Assembly (NCBI GenBank): GCA_963663165.1
Contig: OY760175.1
Coordinates: 4,800,001 to 4,864,000 of the forward strand
DNA: 64,000 nt
Reading direction: 5' to 3'
DNA from: an uncultured Desulfospira sp.
GTDB lineage: Bacteria; Desulfobacterota; Desulfobacteria; Desulfobacterales; Desulfobacteraceae
The position numbers and the translations under genes were made by a program. Below are positions 45,018 to 54,898 of the stretch, one piece after another (the stretch's first letter is position 1; each line of letters begins with the position of its first letter). Under the pieces are notes generated by a model, which did not search any database, was not told where the DNA came from, and was given only the letters and a program-made list of their open reading frames with translations.

Positions 45018-45776
45018 ATGATTGAGATCACCATTGACGGAAAAAAAATTGCAGCCCAGCCCGGAGATACGGTCCTTCGCACGGCCTTAGCCCATAAAAT
45101 TCCCATTCCCCACCTGTGCTTCCACCCGGCCTTGAAGCCTTCGGGCGGATGCCATGTCTGCGGGGTGGAGGTTGACGCCGGCCCGGATAAACAGGTGGTA
45201 ACGCTCTCGTGCCTTCTCAAAGTCAAAGAGGGGCTCAAGATTAAGACCGACTCTGAGCTTGTGGCGGCCCACAGGAAAAAGGCCTTTGACAAGCTGTTGT
45301 CTATGGCCCCGGATTCAGTACGGATCCGTGAACTGGCCCAAAAGTTCAACGTCCCGGTAGCCCCCCGGCCCGACGGGTGTATCCACTGCCGGCTCTGCGT
45401 GAGGGTCTGCAATGAAATTGTAAAGGTGGGGGCCATCAAAATGGTCAAGACCGATACCGGCAGCCGGGTAGGGCCGGGTGAGGGTACCTGTATCGGCTGC
45501 GGCACCTGTGCCAATCTGTGCCCCACCCGGTTGATCCGGGTCCGGGACCAGGACAATGTCAGGACCATCACCATCGGTGATGAGGTCTTAAGCCGCCTGC
45601 CCCTTGAGATGTGCGAGGCCTGCGGCAGAAGTTACGCCACCCTGCCGTTTCTGGCCCATATGGATGAAACGTCAAAAGACCATCCCCACACCCGGGAGAC
45701 CCACCATTTTTGTCCGTCTTGCGCCAAGTTAATGTCAACCAGAACAAGGACAGAAGATGAACACCTTAAAAAATAA
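45018..45776 (+). CDS. 2Fe-2S/4Fe-4S protein (NuoG/HndD N-terminal-like)
   Basis: IPHLC..GGCHVC..SC 2Fe-2S motif; CIHCRLCVRVC and CIGCGTCANLCP. Confidence 0.88.
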   Translation: MIEITIDGKKIAAQPGDTVLRTALAHKIPIPHLCFHPALKPSGGCHVCGVEVDAGPDKQVVTLSCLLKVKEGLKIKTDSELVAAHRKKAFDKLLSMAPDSVRIRELAQKFNVPVAPRPDGCIHCRLCVRVCNEIVKVGAIKMVKTDTGSRVGPGEGTCIGCGTCANLCPTRLIRVRDQDNVRTITIGDEVLSRLPLEMCEACGRSYATLPFLAHMDETSKDHPHTRETHHFCPSCAKLMSTRTRTEDEHLKK

Positions 45777-45792
45777 ATTTAGGAGGAGAAGT

Positions 45793-46935
45793 ATGAAAAC
45801 AAAGTTCAAGTGGTTTATTGCAGTTCTGATTATCCTATCCGTTATTCTGCCCCTTATGGCCGCAGCACCGGTTATGGCGGATAAGCTGTCCGATGCCATT
45901 GCCGCCGTTCCCCAGGGCACAGGACCCGGGCAGATTGACCCGGCAGCGCCCAAGGGGGTTTACGGCATCCCCGGTGCCCCATCCCCCGGCCTTTTGTTTT
46001 GTTTCTTATGGGCGGTCTGGGTAGGCTGGATTTTTTCAACCGTGGGGGCGTTTGGCGGCATCATGGCCGGTGTGGGCCACATTTCCATTTACGGGATGGG
46101 GGCCTATGCCAAAACCTTTAAAGACACCTCGCCAACTTTAAATAAGCTGATCACGGACAGCATCCGGGTTTCCAATCAGTGGCTGGTGGGACTCTCCGCC
46201 CTGGTTTCCACCGTTAACTACGGCCGGCAGAAACGGCTGGTGACTTCTCTGGGGGTTTTCCTGGGGGCCGGCGCCTTGTTTGCCACCCTGCTGGTGGTTT
46301 TCACCACGGCCGGAAAGGTTAAATTTTCCCAGTATCAGGGCTGGTTCGGCCTTTGTGTGTTCCTGATTTTTGCCTTCATGGTCTATGAGATGTCCCCCAA
46401 GGGCCAGGCGTCTAAAAAAGCGGCCAAAGCGGCGGCCAAGGCCTTTGAAGATACGGTCAAAAATAAGGGCGATATCGGGGGCCAGGGGGTGAAAACCTCA
46501 AAATGGAGCCTCTCCAGAACCGAAATTTCCTTTTTCGGACAGCAGTTTTCCTTTAGTCCCATCTGGGCCTTTATCGGCGGGTTCTGCATCTCGGCCCTGG
46601 CATCCTTTATCGGGGTTGGCGGCGGGTTTCTCTACGTGCCGTTTTTGACCTCCGTGGTGGGGCTGCCCATGTTTGTTGTGGCCGGCACATCTGCCGTTGC
46701 CGTTCTCATCGGCATGGTGTTTTCCATATTCAATTTCATGGTCCTTAAAGGGGTCATGGTTTACTGGCCCATGATCGGCATTGAACTTTTGGGTGTATTT
46801 GTCGGATCCATGATTGGTCCTAGAACCGGCAAGTATATCCCTGAAAAGGTATTGAAATGGATTTTCCTGGTATTGGCCTTCTATATCGGCATCCGCTATA
46901 CCTTAAGAGGGTTTTTCGGCATCGCCATGCTTTAA
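45793..46935 (+). CDS. TauE/SafE family sulfite exporter-like membrane protein
   Basis: STVGAFGGI, GVGGGFL-x-VP and AGTS motifs. AGGAGG SD before ATG 45793. Confidence 0.82.
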   Translation: MKTKFKWFIAVLIILSVILPLMAAAPVMADKLSDAIAAVPQGTGPGQIDPAAPKGVYGIPGAPSPGLLFCFLWAVWVGWIFSTVGAFGGIMAGVGHISIYGMGAYAKTFKDTSPTLNKLITDSIRVSNQWLVGLSALVSTVNYGRQKRLVTSLGVFLGAGALFATLLVVFTTAGKVKFSQYQGWFGLCVFLIFAFMVYEMSPKGQASKKAAKAAAKAFEDTVKNKGDIGGQGVKTSKWSLSRTEISFFGQQFSFSPIWAFIGGFCISALASFIGVGGGFLYVPFLTSVVGLPMFVVAGTSAVAVLIGMVFSIFNFMVLKGVMVYWPMIGIELLGVFVGSMIGPRTGKYIPEKVLKWIFLVLAFYIGIRYTLRGFFGIAML

Positions 46936-47113
46936 GAGTGTTTGGGCGGCTCGTCAGAGGAGCTTCTGCTCACAAAGTCACCCATCTGCTGCGTTGCGGA
47001 AAAATTTGCATCTGGGCAACTTTTCACCCAAACACGGGTTCTCGCTGAGACACCAAATACATTTGTCCGGCAGGCTGTTGAAACAGCCTGCCGGCAGCAA
47101 AAGGAGTTTACCC

Positions 47114-47665
47114 GTGGTAACCCAATTCAATCAGTTTTACTTTGCCATTGACGGCTGGATCATCTTTTTCTACCGGGTAACGGGAATCGGCATTGTGGAT
47201 TATTATATCGGCACCTTCTGCCTTTCCATGATCGCTGTCCTCCTGGGAGAAGTCACCATTTCCCTGGCCCTTAAAGCCAACACCCCATACCTGAACGGGT
47301 TAAGCCGCAGGATGAAAGAAAAGGAGAGCCTTTCCATAAAGGCCTATGAAACCGGAAACATGGCCGGGTACAAAGCGTTGAACAAAGAGGCCACCGATGC
47401 CTGGGGACGCAAGTTTTTTGCCATGCTGGCCCATTCGGCCGCCATTTTATGGCCTGTCCCCTTTGCCTTGGGCTGGATGCAGACCCGGTTTGCGGACATT
47501 GATTTTTTAATTGCCTTTCCCTTTTCCCTGGTCACGGACTCGGTGGGGTATGCCTTTTCCTTTTTTCCCATTTATGTGCTGGCAAGGATTGTGTTTGGGA
47601 AACTAAGGCCCCATCTGCCTTATTTTTCGGCTGTTCACCGGCGCCTGGCGGCGGTATCTGCCTGA
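47114..47665 (+). CDS. Hypothetical membrane protein
   Basis: AAGGAG SD before in-frame GTG 47114 (the ORF track starts at 46994). Three or four hydrophobic segments. Confidence 0.7.
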   Translation: MVTQFNQFYFAIDGWIIFFYRVTGIGIVDYYIGTFCLSMIAVLLGEVTISLALKANTPYLNGLSRRMKEKESLSIKAYETGNMAGYKALNKEATDAWGRKFFAMLAHSAAILWPVPFALGWMQTRFADIDFLIAFPFSLVTDSVGYAFSFFPIYVLARIVFGKLRPHLPYFSAVHRRLAAVSA

Positions 47666-47675
47666 AGGGCAAAGG

Positions 47676-47775
47676 GGGGACGCCCTTAATTTATGTCTTT
47701 GGGCAAGGTTTCTGATGGTTAAAATTGATTTTAATGAATTTTGTGATTTTAAGTTAAAAAGTTAAGGGCATCCCC
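47676..47775. mobile_element. ~100 bp MITE-like element with GGGG-ended imperfect TIRs
   Basis: GGGGACGCCCTTAATTT ... AAGTTAAGGGCATCCCC around an AT-rich core. Confidence 0.5.
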
Positions 47776-47799
47776 ACATCCGTCCCGGGCTTGAGCGGC

Positions 47800-47856
47800 A
47801 GGGTAGGAGCGGTCCATGCCCGCGAACCGATCGCGGGCATGGACCGCTCCTACCCT
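47800..47856. repeat. GTAG-type REP doublet palindrome
   Basis: 26 bp perfect IR AGGGTAGGAGCGGTCCATGCCCGCGA-accga-TCGCGGGCATGGACCGCTCCTACCCT. Confidence 0.85.
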
Positions 47857-48071
47857 TGTATCCACCGAAATGAGTGGGATAAATGGGTGACCCCATTTGT
47901 CCGGTTAAGATTTTCCATTGAAACCCGAAACACAGGTTTCTATAATAAGGCATGGGAAATTTTCATTAACACCCAAAACCGCCCATGAAAGCTATGAAGG
48001 TCTTGGAACCGGCAGCCCTAACACCCTTCGGTCTAAACCCCTTCAGCCTTTCATAGAAAGGTGACCAGGCG

Positions 48072-48548
48072 ATGAGATATCTTAATTACAGCATATTACC
48101 GGTTTTGGCCGCCCTTGTTTTGTTATTGCCGCACAGTGCCGCTGCCCTTCAGCTTCACGCCAGTTCCGAAGGGATCATTACCCACCAGATCGGGCATATC
48201 TTTTTTTTGTTTTCAATGGTTGTTCTCATGTTCATTATCAGCGGGAAAGGGCTGGATATTCAAAAAGGGTGGCGGCTGATTCAGCTGTCCGCCTTTTTTT
48301 TCATTCTCTGGAATGCCTGCGCCATCTGCGCCCATTTTCTTGACAACCAGATTTATGCCGTGAGTATCGAGCGTATGTCCCATGGGCTTGCCAGAATACA
48401 GGTCCAGAACAATTCCGGCCTTCTGGGCTGGGTGTATTACGGGCTCAAGCTGGACCATCTGCTGTGCGTGCCCGCCATGTTTTTTCTGTACAAGGGACTT
48501 GGCTGCCTGGTGGACGAACAGACCTCCAAGGGCGGGCAGATCTCATGA
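48072..48548 (+). CDS. Hypothetical membrane protein coupled to the sensor kinase
   Basis: His-rich TM protein whose stop overlaps the kinase start (ATGA). Confidence 0.75.
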   Translation: MRYLNYSILPVLAALVLLLPHSAAALQLHASSEGIITHQIGHIFFLFSMVVLMFIISGKGLDIQKGWRLIQLSAFFFILWNACAICAHFLDNQIYAVSIERMSHGLARIQVQNNSGLLGWVYYGLKLDHLLCVPAMFFLYKGLGCLVDEQTSKGGQIS

Positions 48549-50041
48549 TCGCTCCGAACCTGCCCATTGTGGTCATTGATGTTGCCGGCTCTTTTGCTAT
48601 GGTGGTGCTGGCCCTTCTTTGCTGCCGCAGGGCCGGGATATTGAGGGAAACCGACCCGGATAATGCCCTGTTCCTTTATCTGGTCTGGATTTCCATCGGG
48701 TTTATGATTTTTGCGGTGTCGCGCTCTTTTGGCCATATGCTAAGGCAGCTGCTGATTTTCACAGACCATGCCGAGATCTGGCATGCCATCGGCCCTTACT
48801 CGGGAAGCGTCAATACGGTTTCGTTTATGCTGGTGGGCCTGATCACCCTGTTTTTCAACCAGAGCTGGAAAATCAACGAAAAGATCCTGTCCTCCAGAAA
48901 AAAGCTTGAGGCCGCCCATGGTCAGCTGCTGGGCTTAAACCAGACCCTGGAACTCAAGGTGGTGGAGCGCACGGAAATGCTGACCAGCTCGGAACATAAG
49001 GCCCGGCGTATTTTTGAACACTCCCTGGACACCATTTTGGTGACCAGTGCCCGGTTTAAGGTTCAGGAGATCAACAACGCGGGCATTGCCCTTTTCGGGT
49101 ATAAAAAAGAAGATATGCTGGAGCGGGAAATGGGACTGATGGATTTTATTGCCCATCCCTCTGACCGGGAACAGATCCTTCACCAGCTGAACACCAATGA
49201 ATACGTGGTCAACGAAGAAGTCGATATTGTCAGGGGCGACCAGGCAAAGGTCCGGGTCCTGATCACCGGCGGGGTGGATTACGGGGCCTTTGGCTGTGCC
49301 AAAACCTTTCATTTCATTATCAAGGACATCAATGAAAAAAAACAGATGGAGCAGCAGATCGCCCAGGCCGACAAACTGGCCGCCTTAGGAGAGCTTTCCG
49401 CCGGCGTGGCCCACGAGATCAACAACCCTTTGGGGATTATCCTTGGCTATACCCAGCTGATGCTCAAAAAAGAGTCTGAATTTACAGAAGACCTTAAAAT
49501 TATTGAAAAGCATGTGAAAAACTGCAAGGAAGTGGTCAGCGACCTGCTCTCTTTTTCCCGGAAAGGCTCAAGGGAAATGGGCAGCGTGGACATCCGTGCC
49601 ATGCTCAATGAGCTGGTCAAATTTTTAAGCAACCATGTGGATTTTAGAAAGGTTAAGATTCGCCTTTCCCTGTGGGAGGATGACAAACTGGCCGTCACCG
49701 GTAATCAACGGGAACTGACCCAGGTCATTTTAAACCTGATGATCAATGCCTGCCATGCCCTGGGCGATACCCCTGATGCCGTCATTGAGGTGAGTACCCA
49801 GAAAAAGGAAGATGATGTGGTCATAACGGTTAAGGACAACGGCACCGGTATAAAGCCGGCCCATCTGTCCCGGATTTTTGATCCGTTTTTTACCACCAAA
49901 CCCGTGGGCCAGGGCACGGGACTAGGCCTTTCGGTGGGATACGGGATTATCCGCCGGCACCGGGGGGACATCTCGGCCCGAAACCGTCAAAGCGGGGGGG
50001 CGGTGTTTACTGTCCGACTGCCTTTGGAAACTTTGACTTAA
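48545..50041 (+). CDS. PAS-domain sensor histidine kinase
   Basis: AHEINNPL H-box, [19 protein letters not shown] and GTGLGL. Confidence 0.93.
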   Translation: MIAPNLPIVVIDVAGSFAMVVLALLCCRRAGILRETDPDNALFLYLVWISIGFMIFAVSRSFGHMLRQLLIFTDHAEIWHAIGPYSGSVNTVSFMLVGLITLFFNQSWKINEKILSSRKKLEAAHGQLLGLNQTLELKVVERTEMLTSSEHKARRIFEHSLDTILVTSARFKVQEINNAGIALFGYKKEDMLEREMGLMDFIAHPSDREQILHQLNTNEYVVNEEVDIVRGDQAKVRVLITGGVDYGAFGCAKTFHFIIKDINEKKQMEQQIAQADKLAALGELSAGVAHEINNPLGIILGYTQLMLKKESEFTEDLKIIEKHVKNCKEVVSDLLSFSRKGSREMGSVDIRAMLNELVKFLSNHVDFRKVKIRLSLWEDDKLAVTGNQRELTQVILNLMINACHALGDTPDAVIEVSTQKKEDDVVITVKDNGTGIKPAHLSRIFDPFFTTKPVGQGTGLGLSVGYGIIRRHRGDISARNRQSGGAVFTVRLPLETLT

Positions 50042-50052
50042 AGGAGGTGCCC

Positions 50053-51450
50053 ATGACATCCCGGATTCTGGTGGTGGATGATGAAAAGGACATGACCCGC
50101 CTGCTTCAACGGACCCTGGAACCGGAGCTGGACTGCAAGGTGGCCATGGCCTTTTCCGGCGAAATGGCCTTGAATGTGATCGAGCAGTCAGATCCGGCTT
50201 TTGACCTGGTCATCAGCGATATCCGCATGCCTGAAATGGACGGATTTGCGCTCTTAGACCGGCTAAAAGAAGTGTATCCGGACCTGACCGTGGTCATGCT
50301 CACGGCCTACGGCAATATTGAATCGGCAGTGGCGGCCATCAAAAAAGGGGCTTACGATTTTATCTCCAAACCCTTTGAACAGGATGAGATGGTTTTTAAA
50401 ATCCAGAAAGCCCTGGAGCGAAGCCGGCTGATTTTAGAAAACAAACGGCTTCAAAAGGCCTGCCAGAGTGCGTCCCTGCCCTTGATCGGCCAGAGCCCGG
50501 CCATGGAAAAGGTGTTTAAGAAAATCGCCCTTGTGGCCGACTCCGACGTTACGGTGCTGATCACCGGGGAATCCGGAACCGGAAAGGATCTGACGGCCCG
50601 GTCCATTCATGCCTTAAGCGGCCGGAAGGACAAACCGTATATCCCGGTCAACTGTCCCACCATCCCCGAGCATATTCTGGAAAGTGAATTATTCGGGTAT
50701 AAAAAAGGGGCGTTCACCAATGCCTACCGGGACAAGACCGGGCTGTTCCAGGAGGCCAACCATGGCACCATTTTCTTAGATGAAATCGGGGATGTAGGGC
50801 CCACCATCCAGACCAAGCTGCTCCGGGTGATCCAGGAAAAAGAGGTCAAGCCCTTAGGCGATACAAGGGTGGACCATGTGGATGTCCGGATCATTGCCTC
50901 AACCAATCAGGACCTGCAGCAGAAAATCGTCGACAAGGAGTTCCGGGAAGATTTCTTCTACCGGCTTTCGGTGATCACCATTGAACTGCCCCCGTTAAGG
51001 GAACGGGTCACGGACATCCCTTTGCTTTGCAATCATCTGCTGGCCAAGCATTGCGAAAAGATGAACAAGGCGCCCAAGCACTTGTCTGAAAACGTCATGG
51101 ACCTGTTAATGAAGCAGCCCTGGCAGGGCAATGTCCGGGAACTTGAAAACGTCCTGGTCCAGGGAATTCTCTATGCCGAGGGCGACGTCATCCGCCGGGC
51201 CAATATCCCCATCCAGACGGAAGGGGACCGGGGCGGCATGGACTTTCATATGGAAATGGGCAACCTGCCGTACAAGGCGGCCAAGGAAAAAATGCTGACC
51301 TGGTTCAACCATAACTACATCGGGGCCATGCTCTCCATGACCCAGGGGAACGTCACCCATGCGGCCAAACGGTGCGCCATGGACCGCCAGGCCCTTCAGC
51401 AGATTATGAAGCGGTATGCCATTGATCCGGATCGGTTCAGGGGAAAATAA
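50053..51450 (+). CDS. Sigma54-dependent response regulator (NtrC family)
   Basis: Receiver (VVDDE, DIRMP, KPF), GESGTGK, GAFTNA, FLDEIG, W-x-GNVRELEN and HTH. Confidence 0.93.
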   Translation: MTSRILVVDDEKDMTRLLQRTLEPELDCKVAMAFSGEMALNVIEQSDPAFDLVISDIRMPEMDGFALLDRLKEVYPDLTVVMLTAYGNIESAVAAIKKGAYDFISKPFEQDEMVFKIQKALERSRLILENKRLQKACQSASLPLIGQSPAMEKVFKKIALVADSDVTVLITGESGTGKDLTARSIHALSGRKDKPYIPVNCPTIPEHILESELFGYKKGAFTNAYRDKTGLFQEANHGTIFLDEIGDVGPTIQTKLLRVIQEKEVKPLGDTRVDHVDVRIIASTNQDLQQKIVDKEFREDFFYRLSVITIELPPLRERVTDIPLLCNHLLAKHCEKMNKAPKHLSENVMDLLMKQPWQGNVRELENVLVQGILYAEGDVIRRANIPIQTEGDRGGMDFHMEMGNLPYKAAKEKMLTWFNHNYIGAMLSMTQGNVTHAAKRCAMDRQALQQIMKRYAIDPDRFRGK

Positions 51451-51487
51451 CCCATGAATTTTATGATATATTTCAGTTCATCATTAA

Positions 51488-51760
51488 TTAGTTGTTACCG
51501 GAATTTAAGGCATTCGTGTTTTTAAACATACATTGCCAGAGGCTGTCTCTTTGGCGGGCATACCTGACGGCATCAGCCCTGCTTATTCCGATATCCTTCA
51601 GGTTGTGATCAGTCATTTCCAGAAGCTGCCGGCAATGTTTTGTCAGCATTCTCCAGCGCCTGTACCCCTGCCATACCTGTTTTATGAAATCCCGTATCTG
51701 GTAAAGAAAGTGACCCCTAAACCCGAACCACAACCTGCCTCTTTTTTTGCCGATGCCCAT
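51488..51760 (-). CDS. DUF1127 (YjiS-like) small protein
   Basis: RQLLEMTDHNLKDIGISRAD fits L-x-x-x-x-D-x-x-LKDIG-x-SR. GGAGG SD before ATG 51760. Confidence 0.8.
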   Translation of the reverse strand: MGIGKKRGRLWFGFRGHFLYQIRDFIKQVWQGYRRWRMLTKHCRQLLEMTDHNLKDIGISRADAVRYARQRDSLWQCMFKNTNALNSGNN

Positions 51761-51877
51761 GGCCCCTCCATTGAATTTTTTTGATGTGTGTTTGGGTTTG
51801 TATAAAAAATTATTATTGATCAAACAAACGAATTGTTTTAATATTTGTTATCAATAATTTTTATGCAAGGAGGGCGT

Positions 51878-52762
51878 ATGTCTGAATCAATCCCTGTAGA
51901 TCTGCTGAGAACGTTTATTGCTATCGCAGATAGTGGCAGTTTCAGTCTGGCTGCCGATCAGATATCCAGAACCCAATCGGCCGTGAGTATGCAGGTCAAG
52001 CGGCTTGAGGAATTGATTGAAAAACCTCTGATTCACAGGGACAGCCGGAATTTACAATTGACCGGCGACGGCGTTACACTCCTTGACTATGCACGGCGGA
52101 TTTTGAAACTGAACGAGGAGGCCTTGTCATTATTGAAACGGCCTGAACTAAAGGGATGGGTTAGTATTGGACTGCCGGATGATTATGCGGCCCGGTTTCT
52201 GCCCGAAATTCTGGCCAGTTTTTCCCGAACCCATCCAAGGGTTCAGGTAAAAGTCACCTGTGAGCCAAGCAACATGCTTTTGGAAAGGATACAAAGAAAA
52301 GCTCTGGACCTGGCCATGGTCACCTCACCTGCTCCCGAGATAGAGAATGGAACTCTGCTCAGGCAGGATCCAACGATCTGGGTGACCTCAGAACGGCATT
52401 GCCAGCATGAAATCACACCACTGCCCCTGGCCCTTTTCTCAGGTGACTGTTGGTGCCGGACCTGGGTCCTCTCTGCCTTGGAAAAAGCTGGAATTGAGTA
52501 CCGGATTGCCTATACCAGCCCAAGCATCATGGGCCATCAGGCCGCTGTTACCGCCGGCCTTGCTGTTACCGCCATCAGCCAGAGCACTGTCTGGCCAGGG
52601 ATACGCCAGTTAACCCCCGAAGAGGGATTTCCCTGCCTGCCCAATGCCTCTTTCCTGCTCCGCCGTAATCCGGAATCCAACAACTGCATTGTGGATTCAC
52701 TGGCCGAACATATTGGCAAAGCGTTCAGCTCCTGTTCGGAATTCGGCGGGTGTTTTTCCTGA
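51878..52762 (+). CDS. LysR family transcriptional regulator
   Basis: LLRTF..GSFS-x-AA..RTQSAVSMQVKRLE HTH and IGLPDDYA. Divergent from the DUF1127 gene. Confidence 0.93.
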   Translation: MSESIPVDLLRTFIAIADSGSFSLAADQISRTQSAVSMQVKRLEELIEKPLIHRDSRNLQLTGDGVTLLDYARRILKLNEEALSLLKRPELKGWVSIGLPDDYAARFLPEILASFSRTHPRVQVKVTCEPSNMLLERIQRKALDLAMVTSPAPEIENGTLLRQDPTIWVTSERHCQHEITPLPLALFSGDCWCRTWVLSALEKAGIEYRIAYTSPSIMGHQAAVTAGLAVTAISQSTVWPGIRQLTPEEGFPCLPNASFLLRRNPESNNCIVDSLAEHIGKAFSSCSEFGGCFS

Positions 52763-52880
52763 TCCCGCTGATCATGATTCCAGGAACATTGTTGGGATAA
52801 ATGGGGATCAAAGTTAAATCAGACGTTACATAATTAATTTTACTCCGCCCCAATCCCCCCCAACAATCCCCCCATCCGGC

Positions 52881-54467
52881 TTAGAAGACACTGCCAAAAT
52901 TATCGGCAAACTTATGAAGATCAGCCTGATCTGCTTCTTCTCCGGCAAAAGATTGCGCAAAATGGTATAAATCTTTACCGTCCACATCATCATCTTCATC
53001 CATATCTCCATAAGGCGGTTCCCAGCACAGGGCCTTGATGCAGACATTCCCGAAACCATTGCTATGAGCGTCTGTCCAGGACTTGCCGTTACGGGAATAA
53101 TAACTTTCCCCTTCATTTGACACGGCCCTGGAACTATAGTCTGCAATGGGGCGTTCTAAGGGAACCGGATAAAGTGTTTTAGTATCATTGCTCTCAAATT
53201 TTACGGCGATGCCAAAACCGTCGTTTGCCTGATATGAAACTGGGGTGTCAAGCTTTATGGTGTGCCATCCACCATATGGAAGCTCGCCTGTCTGGGCAGC
53301 TAATATTCCTGAAAATGAAGAACCGGAATGGTTATCGTATACCGTAATTTCATAGGACATTCCGGAAACGGCATAAAAGTTTACAGCATAAAGGGTGCCG
53401 TTTTTTTCAGGAACAAACCAGTTGGCACCGTATGCTTCGGGGGTCCCATATCCCATGGTTCCTGTGGTCCCTAATTCGTCATAATAATAGACTTTGTTTA
53501 TTTTTGAGCTGTCATCTTCTTTGTCGTCAAAACAGGCCAATGTTTTATATCCCAGCAGGGGATCATGATAGGAAACATAAAAATAGCCGTTGTCCCCCCA
53601 GTTCTGGCCCCAGGAATTCCGGACGATAAACGCACCATTCCCGGGCGCACCCGCTACGGTTTTGGTGTCATCCCATCCGACAATTACAATGGCATGGTTG
53701 CTGTATGTCGAACTGCCCGTGTAATAATAGGTGTTTCCGTCTGAATTGTAGTAACCTTGATTCCAATATATATTAGAATAGATTCCCCCATGATCCATCA
53801 CAGCCTGTTTGATATAATCAATGTCTCCGGCCCCTGACCGTACAGGGAGAAATACCACATTGTCAATGTATCTTAGGGGGGACAGGCCTGTATCTTCAGA
53901 TTGATCGTCATAAGGGTCATCTGCCTCGCTGACCGGGCCGGCAAAGCGCGAAAGATATGCCGCGCTCATATCAATATTGCCCCCGGCATCAGGCCCCCGG
54001 TCAAAACCGTGATGATAGACCAGATTATCTTCTGAAAAGTCTTCCTCTTCATTTAAATGTTGTTTTATCTGGCTTTCAAGGCTTCCAAACGTTGCAAACG
54101 CCCAGCAGGTATTGCGACTCCCCTGGTTTTTTACCGGGGTTAAGAAAGCGTCATCTGTTTTTGGGTCGTTGTCCGGATCCCTCATGTCATAAACCGTGTC
54201 GGCAAGGGTGCCCTTGATTTGGAGAGATGGCTTATGAACAACCGGTGTCAGGGGAGAAGGGACAATGTAATAGCGTTGCTTTTTTTCGCTGCCGTCATTT
54301 TTTGATATCTGTTCCTGTGCTGAGGACTGCAAAAAATCCAGTAATTCCGGGTTAACCGGTGCCATGGAAATTTGTCCGTCTGAAGCATATGAAAATGTGC
54401 CGGGTGCCAATATCAGCATGACTGCGAAAATGGCCTTACATATGGAACAACCGATGTGGGGTTTCAT
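52881..54467 (-). CDS. Secreted C1 (papain-like) cysteine peptidase with a C-terminal beta/lectin-like domain and EF-hand/dockerin-like tail
   Basis: NQG-x-x-x-TCWAFA, NHAIVIVGW and RNSWG triad; tail GDMDEDDDVDGKDL. Confidence 0.88.
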   Translation of the reverse strand: MKPHIGCSICKAIFAVMLILAPGTFSYASDGQISMAPVNPELLDFLQSSAQEQISKNDGSEKKQRYYIVPSPLTPVVHKPSLQIKGTLADTVYDMRDPDNDPKTDDAFLTPVKNQGSRNTCWAFATFGSLESQIKQHLNEEEDFSEDNLVYHHGFDRGPDAGGNIDMSAAYLSRFAGPVSEADDPYDDQSEDTGLSPLRYIDNVVFLPVRSGAGDIDYIKQAVMDHGGIYSNIYWNQGYYNSDGNTYYYTGSSTYSNHAIVIVGWDDTKTVAGAPGNGAFIVRNSWGQNWGDNGYFYVSYHDPLLGYKTLACFDDKEDDSSKINKVYYYDELGTTGTMGYGTPEAYGANWFVPEKNGTLYAVNFYAVSGMSYEITVYDNHSGSSFSGILAAQTGELPYGGWHTIKLDTPVSYQANDGFGIAVKFESNDTKTLYPVPLERPIADYSSRAVSNEGESYYSRNGKSWTDAHSNGFGNVCIKALCWEPPYGDMDEDDDVDGKDLYHFAQSFAGEEADQADLHKFADNFGSVF

Positions 54468-54898
54468 TTTTATTCCTTTTTATGTGGTTTTGAATATCCT
54501 TTTCAGTTTTATAGCTATACTCAAATTTCCTTAAGTTTACAAGAACGAAGAATATGGCCGCGGCCCATGGAAAGGCGTCTGACCGTTAAGTATTCCTCAA
54601 CTATTTGAAATAAAAGGGTATGCTGTATTTATACCTGGCAATGGGAATTGGTTTGTGAAAAATAGATTTGACAATTAAAGAATTATTAAGCTTTTATTAT
54701 TTGGATAGTCTAATTTTTTAATTGACAAGTAATCATTATTGTAATATCTAAGATCTCATTGTAATACAATGGCTGCGAGTGCCCCCTGTTTCCAGTGCCG
54801 AAGGGCAGCCCTTCATGGCGATAAAAATTCGGCCGGTTTCCGGGAGGTGCTCACATCATAGATTTTTCCCTTTTATTTCAATGAACAAGGAGACAGAT

